DNA from: a virus
Virus record (IMG/VR): IMGVR_UViG_3300031787_000011
Reading direction: 5' to 3' (one strand)
DNA: 64,000 bases
Both the position numbers and the translations under genes were made by a program. Within the stretch, counting starts at the first letter, position 1. The number at the start of each line of letters is the position of its first letter. A model generated the notes under the pieces. It made no database searches, was not told the DNA's origin, and saw only the letters and a list, made by a program, of their open reading frames with translations. Below, piece by piece: positions 34,689 to 46,900 of this stretch.

Positions 34689-37600
34689 ATCTTTATTGTT
34701 CCTGGGAACATATTCGCGTATGTAAAATCTATTAATTTAGAATAAGAGTCTCCGCATCCATAAGTACAAAATATTGCTTCTCCATTTGCTCTTCCGTTAG
34801 AAACCGACAACGCTTGAGCCGTTCCTCTTGCATTGGCTTCTATAGTTCCGCCTGCGTTATAAAATTGAAAATAAGTATTGGGAATTGTATTGGCTGTAGG
34901 CAGTAAAGTCCCTGGGGGTACATATTTTTCATAGCTATCATTATTCAATCCACGGCAGCCAATGGCCGTATATCCTCCTACGCCGATTGGCGCGTTATTA
35001 TTGACGCAAGATGTTGTTTGCTCTGTAACTATTCCCAATATTTTTCTTCTGAATGTTCTTAAATAACTTTCTTTAAATGCGCCAGCCATTAGAGGATGCA
35101 GGAAAGGTTTAAATTTTATAGTCATCGAATCCTCATAAGAAGCTTTATATATTCCTTGAGATAAACCTAAAGGATCTGATCTATCTGATTTTAATTCCAC
35201 TCTTTCTACACTTCTAGAAGCAGAAACTGCTATAGAAGAATTTATGGGTAAATAAACACTAGCTTCATTTGTCAAAGCTTGTTTTGCTCCATTCGTACTA
35301 AATGTAATTAAATTAAATTCATTATCTCCTAAAGACGACTCGTACCAAGTATTAATAGAATTCTTTTGGTCTATAGCCCAAATCATTGGCAAAATTACTC
35401 TCACTTCATTAAGATTATTTATTCCCATCACTAGCCTATTGAACATTTCTGCTCTTGGTAGCATGTTTGGCAAAGGACCAAAGCTGTATTGCCCATCTCC
35501 CCTCACCGAAAGAGGCAGCAATGTGAGCCATGGCGGAGGAGTAAATCTGCTCGTAGAAAAAACTGCCGCGCTGGCATCTGGCACAACAGTTAAATTATTT
35601 AAAGAAAATAGCTCAGGAGTCCCACCGTCAGCATTTTTTTGCTCTACGTTTGGATTTAAAGAAACTGGAGTTATAGCACTAGAATCTTTTGTTGATTCTA
35701 TTGTGCTTGGGATTGTTGAATCTTCCACTTCGCTTACGCCCGGGTCTGTATCTTCGGTATAAATTTGGCTATTTTCTAGTGGATTTGTAAATTTATCTGT
35801 ATATAATTTTGAAATTATATTCCAAGTTTCATCTAAAACACCAATAGAAGATAAATCTTTTTCTTCTTGCGTCACATCAAGATCGTAAAAAACTACAGAA
35901 TTTTCTGGATTTGACTGCTCTTCTGGAATAGAAAAATTTAAATACTCATCTAACCTAGCTTTTTGTTCTATGGAAAAAGGATTGCCATTGTTTTGCTCTA
36001 GTCTTTGCTTATCAGCATAAGCACTTGCCAGCCTTACGCCACCTTCGATAGAAGCTTTTAGATTATCTCTATCAAAAGAATTATTTTGTAAAACTAAAAC
36101 GTTTCTGTTTATATTTAAATCGTTAGCTACTATTTGATAAGAACTTTTAACAAATGGAACAAGATCTGTAAAAGTCTGCTCTCTTTTGCTCTGCAAAGTT
36201 TTAAATAAAGAATAACCATGGCCTGGATCAGTTATTTGTATTCCTACTATTTTTCCGTATTCATTTAACTTGACTACCCCTTCTGCTCTTTTACCGCCTG
36301 AAGATTCTGGAGTTAAATTAGGAGGTGGTATTTTTAAAGTCGGAGGTATTAAAAATACATCTTTAGGCACCGATGGCAAAAGAATTGAATTTACCGTGCC
36401 CTCTAATACTGGATCCTTATAAAAAACATCATATTCACATGCTAATTTATAAAGTATTTTAAAATCAAACGTCGCCGAAGATTTTCCATCTGAAGTTACA
36501 ATACTTTTGAGTTCATCATATTTATAAAAACCAGCTTCTGGAATTCTAATGCCCCTCAAAACTGGGCTATTTAAGTCTAAATTTATCTTTTTGTCTTTTT
36601 CGCTTCTTGTTTCGGCATTTAATGGCACATACTTATCGTAAGCAATGTATCTCCAGTAAGGTGGAATTAGTAATTTAGAAAAACTTAGAGACTTTGTTCT
36701 TCCGCTTGATGTACATTCTACTTCATGTTTTACTACCAGAAGTCTTAAGTTGTCATTTTTGTTATCTTCTAATTCGTCTATTCTATCAAATAAAGATCTT
36801 TGCGCTGCGATAACATCTACATCTCGCTCTATCGATAAAACAAATTTTTGAGATTTGGTAAAGAAACCAAATTTTTTGTTTTCCGCAGCCGAAGTCGCAG
36901 TTGGATCTTTTGTTATTGTTATTACTTTAGTTAAATCTACATAAGAAGCTCCACTTTTATATTGTAATTTTACCTGGAAAAGCGTTGTTTTAATTGATAT
37001 TTTATTTTCAAAAAAAGAATAGTCGAAAAAGTCATCATTTATTTTCCAGAATAAAACTATCGATTTATTAGCTAATCCTTCTTTGTTAGTTATTATGCAT
37101 GGATGTATTTCTGTAACTGAAGCTGGATAAAAATACCCCTTTGTTTCATTATTTGTTTTTGTATAATTAGACTCATAGTAGAAAAAATCATTTCCTACTC
37201 CATTCGTAAAATAATAAATTCCTATGTCTAATCCTTTAAAAACCGAAGTGTCTAAAAATCCATGCGAATAAGTGGGCTCTGCGCTTGTAACCTCATCACC
37301 TTGGATTGATTCTGTTCGATTATTCGATATTGTATAAACCTCAGAAAATTTAGTATATATTTCGTATCTTAAAGTTGCCGGATTAACTACATCTATTATA
37401 TTTGTTGATATAGAAGAATCTATTGGTCTTTGTGGTTCTGTATTATCTACGTTATCAAAGAAAAGAGTCTTTTGCTCTGTATTTTGAGGCGTAAACCTAT
37501 CAAAGCTAACCTTTATGTAAAAATCAAAATATCCTCCAGAGTCTGATCTTATTATAGACTGCTTATTAAAATTAAAAATATAGCCGCTAATTTTTCCCTT

Positions 37601-38179
37601 GCTGTCTTTTCTAGTTAAATATTTATTCTTACTTAGAATTATAGTCTTCCAATCTTCTGCGTCTTTTCTTTTGTAAAAAAGCTCTAACCCTGATAAAGCA
37701 GATATATTGAACTCTTCTGTCGGTGCTAACACTAATTGTGCATTTACTAGATCGTAAGTTTTAGGTTCTCTGGCTATTGAAAAACTTTCTATCGAACTTT
37801 CTTGCAAGTCTAAGATTGTCGAACTCGATGGGTCTACCGTAAAAGGTTCAGTGGATACTGTCCCTACAGAATTAGAAGCCGTCAATACAAATCTAGTTTT
37901 ATACACTCTATCTATCTCAAAAGACTTGAATTTTACATTTTGTACGTCAAATAATTCTGGTTCGTTTACGGGTTCTTCGTCTCCATTTTTGGTAGTAAAA
38001 AATTGCTTTGATAAAATAGCCGAAGAAGCATTTAATACTGCTATTATCAAATTAAACTTATCTAAATTGTTTTCGTATTTTTCTGCGGTTAGTGCTACTG
38101 TAGGCAAAGAAGATGTTCCCGGGTCTTCTCTATTTACAGCTATTGGATATGATTTTTGTTGTGTTAATCTTATTGGCAT
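34685..38179 (-). CDS. Large virion structural protein
   Basis: 1164 aa; GKIVGIQITDPGHGY repeat unit typical of tail/baseplate proteins. Confidence 0.6.
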   Translation of the reverse strand: MPIRLTQQKSYPIAVNREDPGTSSLPTVALTAEKYENNLDKFNLIIAVLNASSAILSKQFFTTKNGDEEPVNEPELFDVQNVKFKSFEIDRVYKTRFVLTASNSVGTVSTEPFTVDPSSSTILDLQESSIESFSIAREPKTYDLVNAQLVLAPTEEFNISALSGLELFYKRKDAEDWKTIILSKNKYLTRKDSKGKISGYIFNFNKQSIIRSDSGGYFDFYIKVSFDRFTPQNTEQKTLFFDNVDNTEPQRPIDSSISTNIIDVVNPATLRYEIYTKFSEVYTISNNRTESIQGDEVTSAEPTYSHGFLDTSVFKGLDIGIYYFTNGVGNDFFYYESNYTKTNNETKGYFYPASVTEIHPCIITNKEGLANKSIVLFWKINDDFFDYSFFENKISIKTTLFQVKLQYKSGASYVDLTKVITITKDPTATSAAENKKFGFFTKSQKFVLSIERDVDVIAAQRSLFDRIDELEDNKNDNLRLLVVKHEVECTSSGRTKSLSFSKLLIPPYWRYIAYDKYVPLNAETRSEKDKKINLDLNSPVLRGIRIPEAGFYKYDELKSIVTSDGKSSATFDFKILYKLACEYDVFYKDPVLEGTVNSILLPSVPKDVFLIPPTLKIPPPNLTPESSGGKRAEGVVKLNEYGKIVGIQITDPGHGYSLFKTLQSKREQTFTDLVPFVKSSYQIVANDLNINRNVLVLQNNSFDRDNLKASIEGGVRLASAYADKQRLEQNNGNPFSIEQKARLDEYLNFSIPEEQSNPENSVVFYDLDVTQEEKDLSSIGVLDETWNIISKLYTDKFTNPLENSQIYTEDTDPGVSEVEDSTIPSTIESTKDSSAITPVSLNPNVEQKNADGGTPELFSLNNLTVVPDASAAVFSTSRFTPPPWLTLLPLSVRGDGQYSFGPLPNMLPRAEMFNRLVMGINNLNEVRVILPMIWAIDQKNSINTWYESSLGDNEFNLITFSTNGAKQALTNEASVYLPINSSIAVSASRSVERVELKSDRSDPLGLSQGIYKASYEDSMTIKFKPFLHPLMAGAFKESYLRTFRRKILGIVTEQTTSCVNNNAPIGVGGYTAIGCRGLNNDSYEKYVPPGTLLPTANTIPNTYFQFYNAGGTIEANARGTAQALSVSNGRANGEAIFCTYGCGDSYSKLIDFTYANMFPGTIKI

Positions 38180-40995
38180 TATTGTATCTCCGAGTCTATT
38201 ATTGGTTGGTATTTAGCTTGGAACACGGCATCTGTATCGTTAAAAAGAGTGCTATTTTCTATTTTAAATTTAAAAATATATTCATTCACTCTTTCTGAAA
38301 TTACACCATCTAAGTCTCTATTAGAGTCGGCTGATTCAAGCAGTAAAATTTCAGGCTTGTAGTTTGAGTTTAAATAGCTAGAATAACTTCCAACAGAAAT
38401 TACATTCCCATTGATATCTTTTAACCGCAAAAATGCCCAAAAAAATTCTCCTTTTGTTATCTCAAATATTTCTGTACTCAATTGATCATCAGAGTATAAA
38501 GCAACTTCTGCTTCTCCTATTTTAGACGGCACAGAGTATGAATTAGAAGAAGTTTGTGTGCTTTCTGCTTTAGAGGGATTGGCAGCAGATATTATATTTC
38601 TAACCGTCGCTCTAGCTCTCAGAGATGTAACTTGATTATTTATTTTTATGTTATTTATCTGCACTGATCTTTGTCTGGGTAAACCTGACGTAAAATAATA
38701 TTCTATATCATCAAACTTTTCTTTTATTAATATAGGGCCATATAATTGTTGATCATTTTGATCTATAATAGAATACTCAACTTCATCTGCATATGTATAT
38801 GTTAAAGGAAAAGATATTGATGCATTTGGATAATCAAGCTGCACCCTAGACAAAGAAAAAGCATTACAAACCGGAGGGTTAGAGGCTGAAGTATTTAAAA
38901 ATGTAAATGGAAAATCGAATGGCACCTCTCCATCTGCTAAAAACGATAAAATTATTCTATTTTCTTTGTCTAAAAGTTTAAATAAATTAGATTTGCTTAT
39001 AATGACAGAAGAAACTCCAGCGTTTAAAACCATCGGCCTTAAAGTTGGGTCATTCCCTAGCCTCAAAAACATCGAAGAATATTTAGTATTTACTAAACTA
39101 TAGGCTAATTGAAAAGTATAAGATCCACCTTCTGTAATATAATCAGAATAAACTGTATAGTTAAGCATTTGATCTTGCGACAAATCAGTAAATGTCAAAA
39201 AAGAATAAGAGTTTGAATTTTCGTCATAAATAGTTTTTGCCACGCCTCCTATTTTTACAGTCAAAGTGAAAGATGGTATTGTTATATTTCTTATCAACTC
39301 TATAGATTGTTCTTCTGTAGCATATTGATTTCTTATTATATTTGCAAAATCATAATAAAAATTGAAAGCTTTACAAAAAAATGTCCCTATTTTACCAGTC
39401 GAACTTATAGTTGTTATTTGATTTGTACCATCAGCACTATCTGTTACATTAATAGAGGTATCATTTTCTTGATTAAATCTATATACTAATCTTGTGGCAA
39501 AATCAGTTTTAATTATAATTTGTTTAGCCTCGGTATCTTCATCTATTGAAACTATTCTGGGGATCTTAACTTCTACAGGCACATCTAAAGAATAATCTGT
39601 GCCGTCTGCATCTGTTTCTAAAACTTTATATATTCTAAATCTTAATGTTATTGCTACTACTGTTCCAGAATCCGAAAGAAGCTCACCACCAGAAATTTCT
39701 TTTATGCTAAAATATTTAGATAAATCTAAAATCTGGTCTATGTAAGACACAGTTGCTGAGGCTACGCTTCCGTTATCTTTAAAAGAATAATAATTTGTTC
39801 CATCAAAATATTTTATGTATCTGAAGTTATAGCCCCATATATCTGCTTTGACTGTATTAATTGATGCAAAGTTTTTATATAGCGTTAGTATTTCATTCGC
39901 TTTTAGCGAAAAGACTGCTATTACTGTTTTTGCTGTTCCATTAATTGGGCAAATTTGCTGGTCTTCAAATATTTTTATAACCCCGTTAACATTTACAGAA
40001 ACTTCTCCCGCATTGCTTGTGCATGATATTGTGTTGTTCGGGGCTACCGAAACCGAAGAGTCGCAAATATTAACATATTCATAATTAATTTCTGTTGATA
40101 TGTTTTCTACAGTAGTGTCGTTGATCTTTTCCAATTGAAGAGAAATAGAGCCGTGGAAAACGCTTTTACTCACCCATCCATCAGAAGTAACTAAAAGGAC
40201 AAATGGATAAAAATAATCGCTTACTTTTATTGAGCATTCTGTTAATTGATCATCTAAATAATATCTTTGAGTTCCAGCATCGTAATAAAATTTATTAGAA
40301 AAATTTTCTAAATAATCGAGCGTTTTATCTTCTATTAAAATTAAATTTTTATAATAAAAAGATCCCTGCTCTTGAGATGGAACGATTTTAAAATTTAAAA
40401 TCTTACAACTGCTATAGTTGATATAAATAGTATTTACTGGTACTTTATCTATATCACTATCTAACATATTCAAAGAAAGCATTGTCGCAGAACTTCCATC
40501 TCCAGAAGGCAGCAATTTATGATACGCTTTATTTATTACAATAGCAGAATAAGAATATATATAAACTTCATACATTACCTCCTCTCCTATATTCTGAGAA
40601 TTTAGATTTCCTATTGATCTTTTTTCAATAAAATTTCCAGTATTTAATTGTACATTCGCCGCAACACCTGCTCCCCCAGCGGTTCCAGAACCTCCATTAT
40701 CACTAACGCATTTCGATTGCGCGAATTTATAACTAGCAGGCAAATAAATATCTCCTATATCTAATGCTGCGCCATTCCCGCCAAGCCCTAAAGAGTCAGA
40801 CCAAAACGAATCAGAATTAGCTCCTAATAATATATTATCAATATAATTTCTAGCAACACCTTTAATATATGTCGGGCTATTAAAAGCTTCTGATTCAGAA
40901 ATCAAATATTGATTATCAGAAAACACGGAAGCCAGAGGATTAACAGAGGCGCTATCTGTATTAAAAAAATCAGATCTTACATAAAAAGACGACAT
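38179..40995 (-). CDS. Large virion structural protein
   Basis: 938 aa, beta-strand-rich composition, in a coupled structural operon. Confidence 0.55.
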   Translation of the reverse strand: MSSFYVRSDFFNTDSASVNPLASVFSDNQYLISESEAFNSPTYIKGVARNYIDNILLGANSDSFWSDSLGLGGNGAALDIGDIYLPASYKFAQSKCVSDNGGSGTAGGAGVAANVQLNTGNFIEKRSIGNLNSQNIGEEVMYEVYIYSYSAIVINKAYHKLLPSGDGSSATMLSLNMLDSDIDKVPVNTIYINYSSCKILNFKIVPSQEQGSFYYKNLILIEDKTLDYLENFSNKFYYDAGTQRYYLDDQLTECSIKVSDYFYPFVLLVTSDGWVSKSVFHGSISLQLEKINDTTVENISTEINYEYVNICDSSVSVAPNNTISCTSNAGEVSVNVNGVIKIFEDQQICPINGTAKTVIAVFSLKANEILTLYKNFASINTVKADIWGYNFRYIKYFDGTNYYSFKDNGSVASATVSYIDQILDLSKYFSIKEISGGELLSDSGTVVAITLRFRIYKVLETDADGTDYSLDVPVEVKIPRIVSIDEDTEAKQIIIKTDFATRLVYRFNQENDTSINVTDSADGTNQITTISSTGKIGTFFCKAFNFYYDFANIIRNQYATEEQSIELIRNITIPSFTLTVKIGGVAKTIYDENSNSYSFLTFTDLSQDQMLNYTVYSDYITEGGSYTFQLAYSLVNTKYSSMFLRLGNDPTLRPMVLNAGVSSVIISKSNLFKLLDKENRIILSFLADGEVPFDFPFTFLNTSASNPPVCNAFSLSRVQLDYPNASISFPLTYTYADEVEYSIIDQNDQQLYGPILIKEKFDDIEYYFTSGLPRQRSVQINNIKINNQVTSLRARATVRNIISAANPSKAESTQTSSNSYSVPSKIGEAEVALYSDDQLSTEIFEITKGEFFWAFLRLKDINGNVISVGSYSSYLNSNYKPEILLLESADSNRDLDGVISERVNEYIFKFKIENSTLFNDTDAVFQAKYQPIIDSEIQ

Positions 40996-40996
40996 A

Positions 40997-43900
40997 TTAT
41001 TTTTTATTTATAATTTTAATTACAGAAGATTTAGAGAAATCGTCAAATTTAATATCTGGCGCACTCTTTATCTTGCTTATTGTTATATTCACTTCTATAT
41101 CAGAATTATTAATTATATTATAATTCGCGTCTTCTGTGTTTTCAGGGAATAGATTTTCTATATAAAATCCGCCAATTTCCATTTCGCTTTGCGGCAATAA
41201 AGTGTTGTCTGCTGTTTGCGATTGGCCTAAAAGCCTTTTGATGTTATCTATTTGTTTTGGCTCTAAATTTGCGTCTAAACCTATTGTAAGTTGTCTATTA
41301 TCAGGCATCTGCCTAACTGGGCTCAAAGCAGAAAAGAACGAATAATTATAATTAAATATAGGAGACCTAAGCCCCGTCTTCTTTATCTCGCATCTTTTAA
41401 ATGTTATTGTTTTATTTGTGCCTTCTAGATTTATAGTTATAGTTTGACTGTTATCGACAGCGCCAATAGTCCACCAATCATCAACGTAATCGGAGTTCAA
41501 CCAAAAAGCCGACTGGTCTCTTGGTATCCAAGCTATAATGCTATTTGCCGTTGATTTATACGCGTTTCTAATTTGAGCTTTGAATAATTCAAGCTGATCC
41601 ACGGCGACCTCTTCTTCCTCAGTTATACTTGGATCCGCGCCGCCTTCTTCTCCTTTCTCCTCAGCTTTGTTGAACGGCCTGTCTATGTCTTCTACCACTT
41701 TATACAAACGAACAAAATTAGGATACTTTATTTCATAAGTAGTTACATCTTCTCCTATAAATGTTTCGCCATCTGAATAAAACTTTCCTTTATATTTTAA
41801 ATACGGTAATTCTGTGGTGTTAGTAAATGCCGTGTCTGTTGGTATGTTTATATTATCAAAAAAGCTCTGGCTTATGCTTACTTGATATTTAATTCCATTT
41901 TGTATGCCCGGCAAAGTATAAGTCGATTGGTAGGCATCAAAGAATAAAAATCTATAAATTGTTTCATGGCCGATTCCCACTTCGTATCCTACCACATTAG
42001 AAGGCGAATCCGTTGGTATGTCTTTGCCATTATAGTAATTTCTAAGAGCCAGATTTATTGTCGTAGAAGTTCCATCTTTAGATAATAGTTTAACATAAGA
42101 TTTTTGTTCTACTTGATTATCGTCTAGTATTGGCAGAAGCTCTTCATTTCTTATTATTCCCAAATTTAGAGTTATTTCTCTCTGTGTCGATATCGCCGTG
42201 TTAGGATTGAATATGCAATAAAATTCATCCCTAGCTTTTGCTTTTTTCAAATATCTAGAAACAACTCCGCTTGTCGGACCAGCTTCTACGATCATCACTG
42301 AATTTCTATAGACTTTTCTTCTTCTATTTTCATCACTTAATATATTTACAAAAATATCTCTTGGACAATTATTTATCAAGAAAATTTGCTGCCCATAGCT
42401 TGGCGCAGTTACCGTCAAGTCATTATTATTATCTGTTAATAGATAATGCCCGGCTGTTGTTATTCTATAAACTGGTTTTAACAAATTATACGATTGAGTA
42501 TTATTTGTTAAATTCATCGAAGCTAAATTTGTTATATATATGCCTCTGAAATTATTAACTACTGTTTCTATAATGGCTTGATCAGCATAATAATAAGAAG
42601 AAGCGTACGTCTCGTCTTTTATTAAAGGAGTGATTATGATATTTTTATTATCTTTATCTGACTCTTTTTCCCCAGCAAAACTAACGTAATCATAAATACC
42701 ATTCAAGAAAAACTTCAAATCAGTTTTTAATAAATAGTTAGTTGAAGAATTTTTCTTTGATATGTAGTAAATGCCTTTCTCGTAAGACGCTAAAAAGTTT
42801 ACTCCTGTATCAGTTATCTCAACAAAACATTTCGGAGGAACAGAACAATAAGTCTCTGTATTTGAATCAAAAAATATACTTAAATAATAAGGAGTATTAT
42901 TATAGATGTAAAACCTTTCTGTCGTCCCAAGAGACCCAGCATTAAGCAATTTCAGGCTATAAGAGTCAAAAAAGTTGCCAGAGCTATTTACCTGAGAAGA
43001 TCCATATACAAAAAGCTTATCGTTTGCGGCGTAAGACTTGAGATCCGCTATATCAAGAACTCCAAACTCTCTGTCTTTTATATTTACTTCATATGCTATA
43101 TTTTTTGAATTATATCTAAATAAATATATATATTTACTATTTCCTATATTTTGTATGACTTTTATTCTTGCGCCAAATTTAAGATTTGGATAAAGCTCAT
43201 TTATTGTTTGCGTCAGATTCTCTGGAGCTCTTCCTTCTGCGTAATTAAGCGTGGTAACAGAAAAAGCAGAAGAAGCATTTAAATCTAAGGTCAATCCAGT
43301 AAATAAATTCTGGCTCGGATCTCTTGTTATTCTTGTCAAAGCCCCATTCCCAAGCAGAGAATTATTAGACCCAATATACATTCTATATTTACATGGATTA
43401 AAAACATAAAAATCTCTGAAAGACTTGTCGCTGAAGCTGTCAATAGTTATATTGAATCTATTGAAATTTGGAAGATACAAAAACTCATTACCACCTACTA
43501 TTTCTGTAGTTGATAGCCCAGATATTCCTTTCAGATTTCTAGCCGTAGCAAACACTTTTTTAACTTGAGGCAAGCTAGATGTTTCTTTTACCCAAGCAGA
43601 GCCGCTAACAGAATATAAAGCTATTGAATTTATATCAAGCAAATTGCTAGTTATTGCTGTGGAATAATTATAAATTGAATTCGGAGCAGAAGAATCTGAT
43701 TTTACTAAATTAATAAATAATATCTTTTTGCCCGACAGCAACGAAGCTAAAGTTGAACCACCAATACTTATATCAAGATTTGGCAAGTAAAATTTAGATG
43801 AGTATTTAGTTATTGGAATTAATATAACATTTGGTAAACCATTTATTGCATTTTGTGATTTAAAAAACTTAGTTAAATCAGTATGATTTGTATCTATAAC

Positions 43901-46900
43901 TTTTAAATTATATGCTCCGGCATTGAATTCATCACTTACCCTGTCGGTCAAATAAAATTGCTCCTTTTTTATCTTTGTTCCATCGTAAGATGCAAAAAGA
44001 TAAAAATCATTGACAATATACTTTTTATCGCCTAATTGAGTTATGTCGATAGCTTTTCTCCCATAGCAGTAAATAATTTTCGAAGTTGAAACTGATACGG
44101 AAGAATAAACGTCAAAAACTGAATAATCAATATCCAGTTTAATAGTGTTACCATCTATATCAATAAACGCATCTTGTATTAAATCTATCTTAGAAAAACC
44201 AGCCGCCCACAAGGAAGCCAAAGGATGTTCTGCTTCTAAATCAAAGGCTTGATTACTTAGCGCTATAGAGGTCGGCAAATAAGACACGTTTTCTACTTCG
44301 CCAAAAATGTTTGAATCGCTAAAATCAGTAGTATCTGTAGTAACTGTGTAAGACGCTCCAGTATATGTAAACAATTTTTGATTATTACCAGAAGATGGCA
44401 AAAGCGTATGTACAAGAACTCCACTCAATGTTTTTATTTCATATGGCCTTCCTGAAACATTTTTAATTACAAAAGAAATCGTTGCTGAAATATCCGGCAA
44501 AATAATAGAATCTACATCTGCTTTGTCTGCTTCTATTATATAATAAAATGTTGTACCTCCTGATTTTCTAGTATTAGTTCTTTCAGAATTTACTTGTGCT
44601 ATGAAGAATTCTTTGTTATTGTATATTGGATATATATAATTCGCGCCAGAATTTTTTACCAAACGATTCTTCTTTAGGGTTTTTGTAACAGAATCTACTG
44701 AAACTGTAACAGTATCATAAGCAAAGTTTATTAAAATCTGGTCTGTCGCTAATGCATTAGGGAAGTTTTTAGCAGTTGAACCATTCTCGCTTTCATAGCT
44801 AAATATTCTTGCATCTGGCGCCGAAGGTTTAGAAACCTGAAGTCTACCATTTACATATCCGTCTGGAGCATAATCAAAATCAATAGAATTAACTTCTTTT
44901 ATTCTATATAAATTGTTCCCGTCAACAGAATCAAAAGATTGTACGCCAATAGATTGTTCTAATGTCGGCAAAAAGATCTTGCCTTTATATTTATATTTTC
45001 TATTATAGCTATCTTTTATCGTAAAGGTATCTATTTGGCTATTTCTAATATAAAAATAGTCTTCATGATATCTATCTATTACATTATCCTCTAAATCAAT
45101 AATGGTGTCGTTTATATTTCTGCTTAAGAAACTTGTTCTTTGCAATATTGGCAAAGCGTCAGAACTTGAACCAGTTACCCTTAAACATATTGAATTTTGA
45201 GCCAAATCTCCTATTTCATTTATTTCTGAAGTTAATGGATTATTTTCTGTAGATATTATATTGTCGCTATCTTTTACCGACTCTTTGTTGATTTTATTTG
45301 GTAAGAATCTATTTCTGCAAATTAAAAATACTTCTTTATTTTGCAGGCCTGATGCTGGAGGCAAGTTAATCTGAGTCCCGCAAAAATTCAAATCTAAAAT
45401 ATTAATAGAAGATGGAATTAAAGAATTATCAATATCAAAATAGAAATGGCTTAGTGTTTCATTTAATATGTCCAGTCTTACAACTTGTGTAGACCCAACA
45501 GTCACCAACATCGCTCTTGCGATTTGATTTTCTGCTAGCGTATAAACTATATTTTCTTGAGTATTTCTGTAAAAAAATACTGAAGTGCTATTTTTATTTA
45601 CAAAATAAACAAAAGAGCCCTTTTTTAACCCAGTATCTAAGGTTTTTAGATCTACATAATTTACTAAATCACCTTTGAGCAAAATTAATTGTTCCGTAGA
45701 ATTTGATATATCAAATAAAGGAGAAGGCGAAGGATAAATTATGGAATAAGTTAAAACCGAGTTCGCTTGTCTCGTTACTGTTAATTTGAAATCTTGGTTT
45801 TGTCTCGGCACGACTTCTATAGAAGAGCCATTAATTATTCTTATATTTAAAGCTCTATTTATGGACTCGTCCTTTAAGAAGAAGTATTCTCTTGTTGTAT
45901 TTATTGTTGTCGTAAATTGAGAAATGATAATATCGGTATCATCTTTCAAAAGCTTTGTAGAATCTTCTTCTGTTTCTGTTGCTTTTAAGTATATTTTTAT
46001 TACGTCGAAGTAATTTTTTTGAAATTTCGACAGCGTTGATCCATTCCAATTGACATAATGGAAAGAATCAGCCGGTAAATTTACTCCATTTACAATCAAT
46101 GGATCTTTCGAAAAATTATAAATTGGCAAATTTGCAAAAGAATCAGCCGAAGAAAATTCTCCAGTTGTGTGATTAAAATTTATAAATCCTTCTTTAGGAT
46201 GATAAATTTTAGAGTCTTGCATTGTTACATTTGAATATGTACTTTGCGTTTGGATAGACTTAGTCACTCCATCGTCTGAAAACAACAGTTTTTTTGTTTG
46301 ATTTGCCGATATAGAAACCGTAGATCCAAATGTTACGTTTATAGAAGAATTAGAGTCGTTTACTAGAGTTAAAGTTTTCGACGCTATCGAGCTGCTATTT
46401 AAAACAGTTACGTTCGCACTTAAATAAAGAATATCATCATCTTGTTCTGCGTCTAGTAGATCAAAAGAAGAAGAAGGAAGCGAAGCAGCATTTGCTACAG
46501 TAATCACCCCATTGTTGGATATTTTAGCGTATTGATTAGTGTTTACTGATGATCCCCCTACAAAACAACTTACGTTTCCAGTATTTAAAACATAAGATTC
46601 AAACGAAGATGGAATATTCTCTAAAGATGCGTCCGCCTTGTCTGTCACGAAATAATATTCATTATAATCTTGATTTATTTTGAAACCAGAGATTTTAGAC
46701 TCAGGGTTATTGAAGTCTAACAGTTGACTATAAGTTGGGCTAGAAACGCTTACCGGAGTGTAAGAAGCTACATTCTCGAACTTTGTTACTGTGTTTTGCT
46801 GGGAGTTTGAGTCCCCAACTTCAAAACCATATTCGCTGGCTAGAGTTTCTTTTTTCTTTACAACAGAAGATTTTATTCCTGAAATTACAATATCATAATA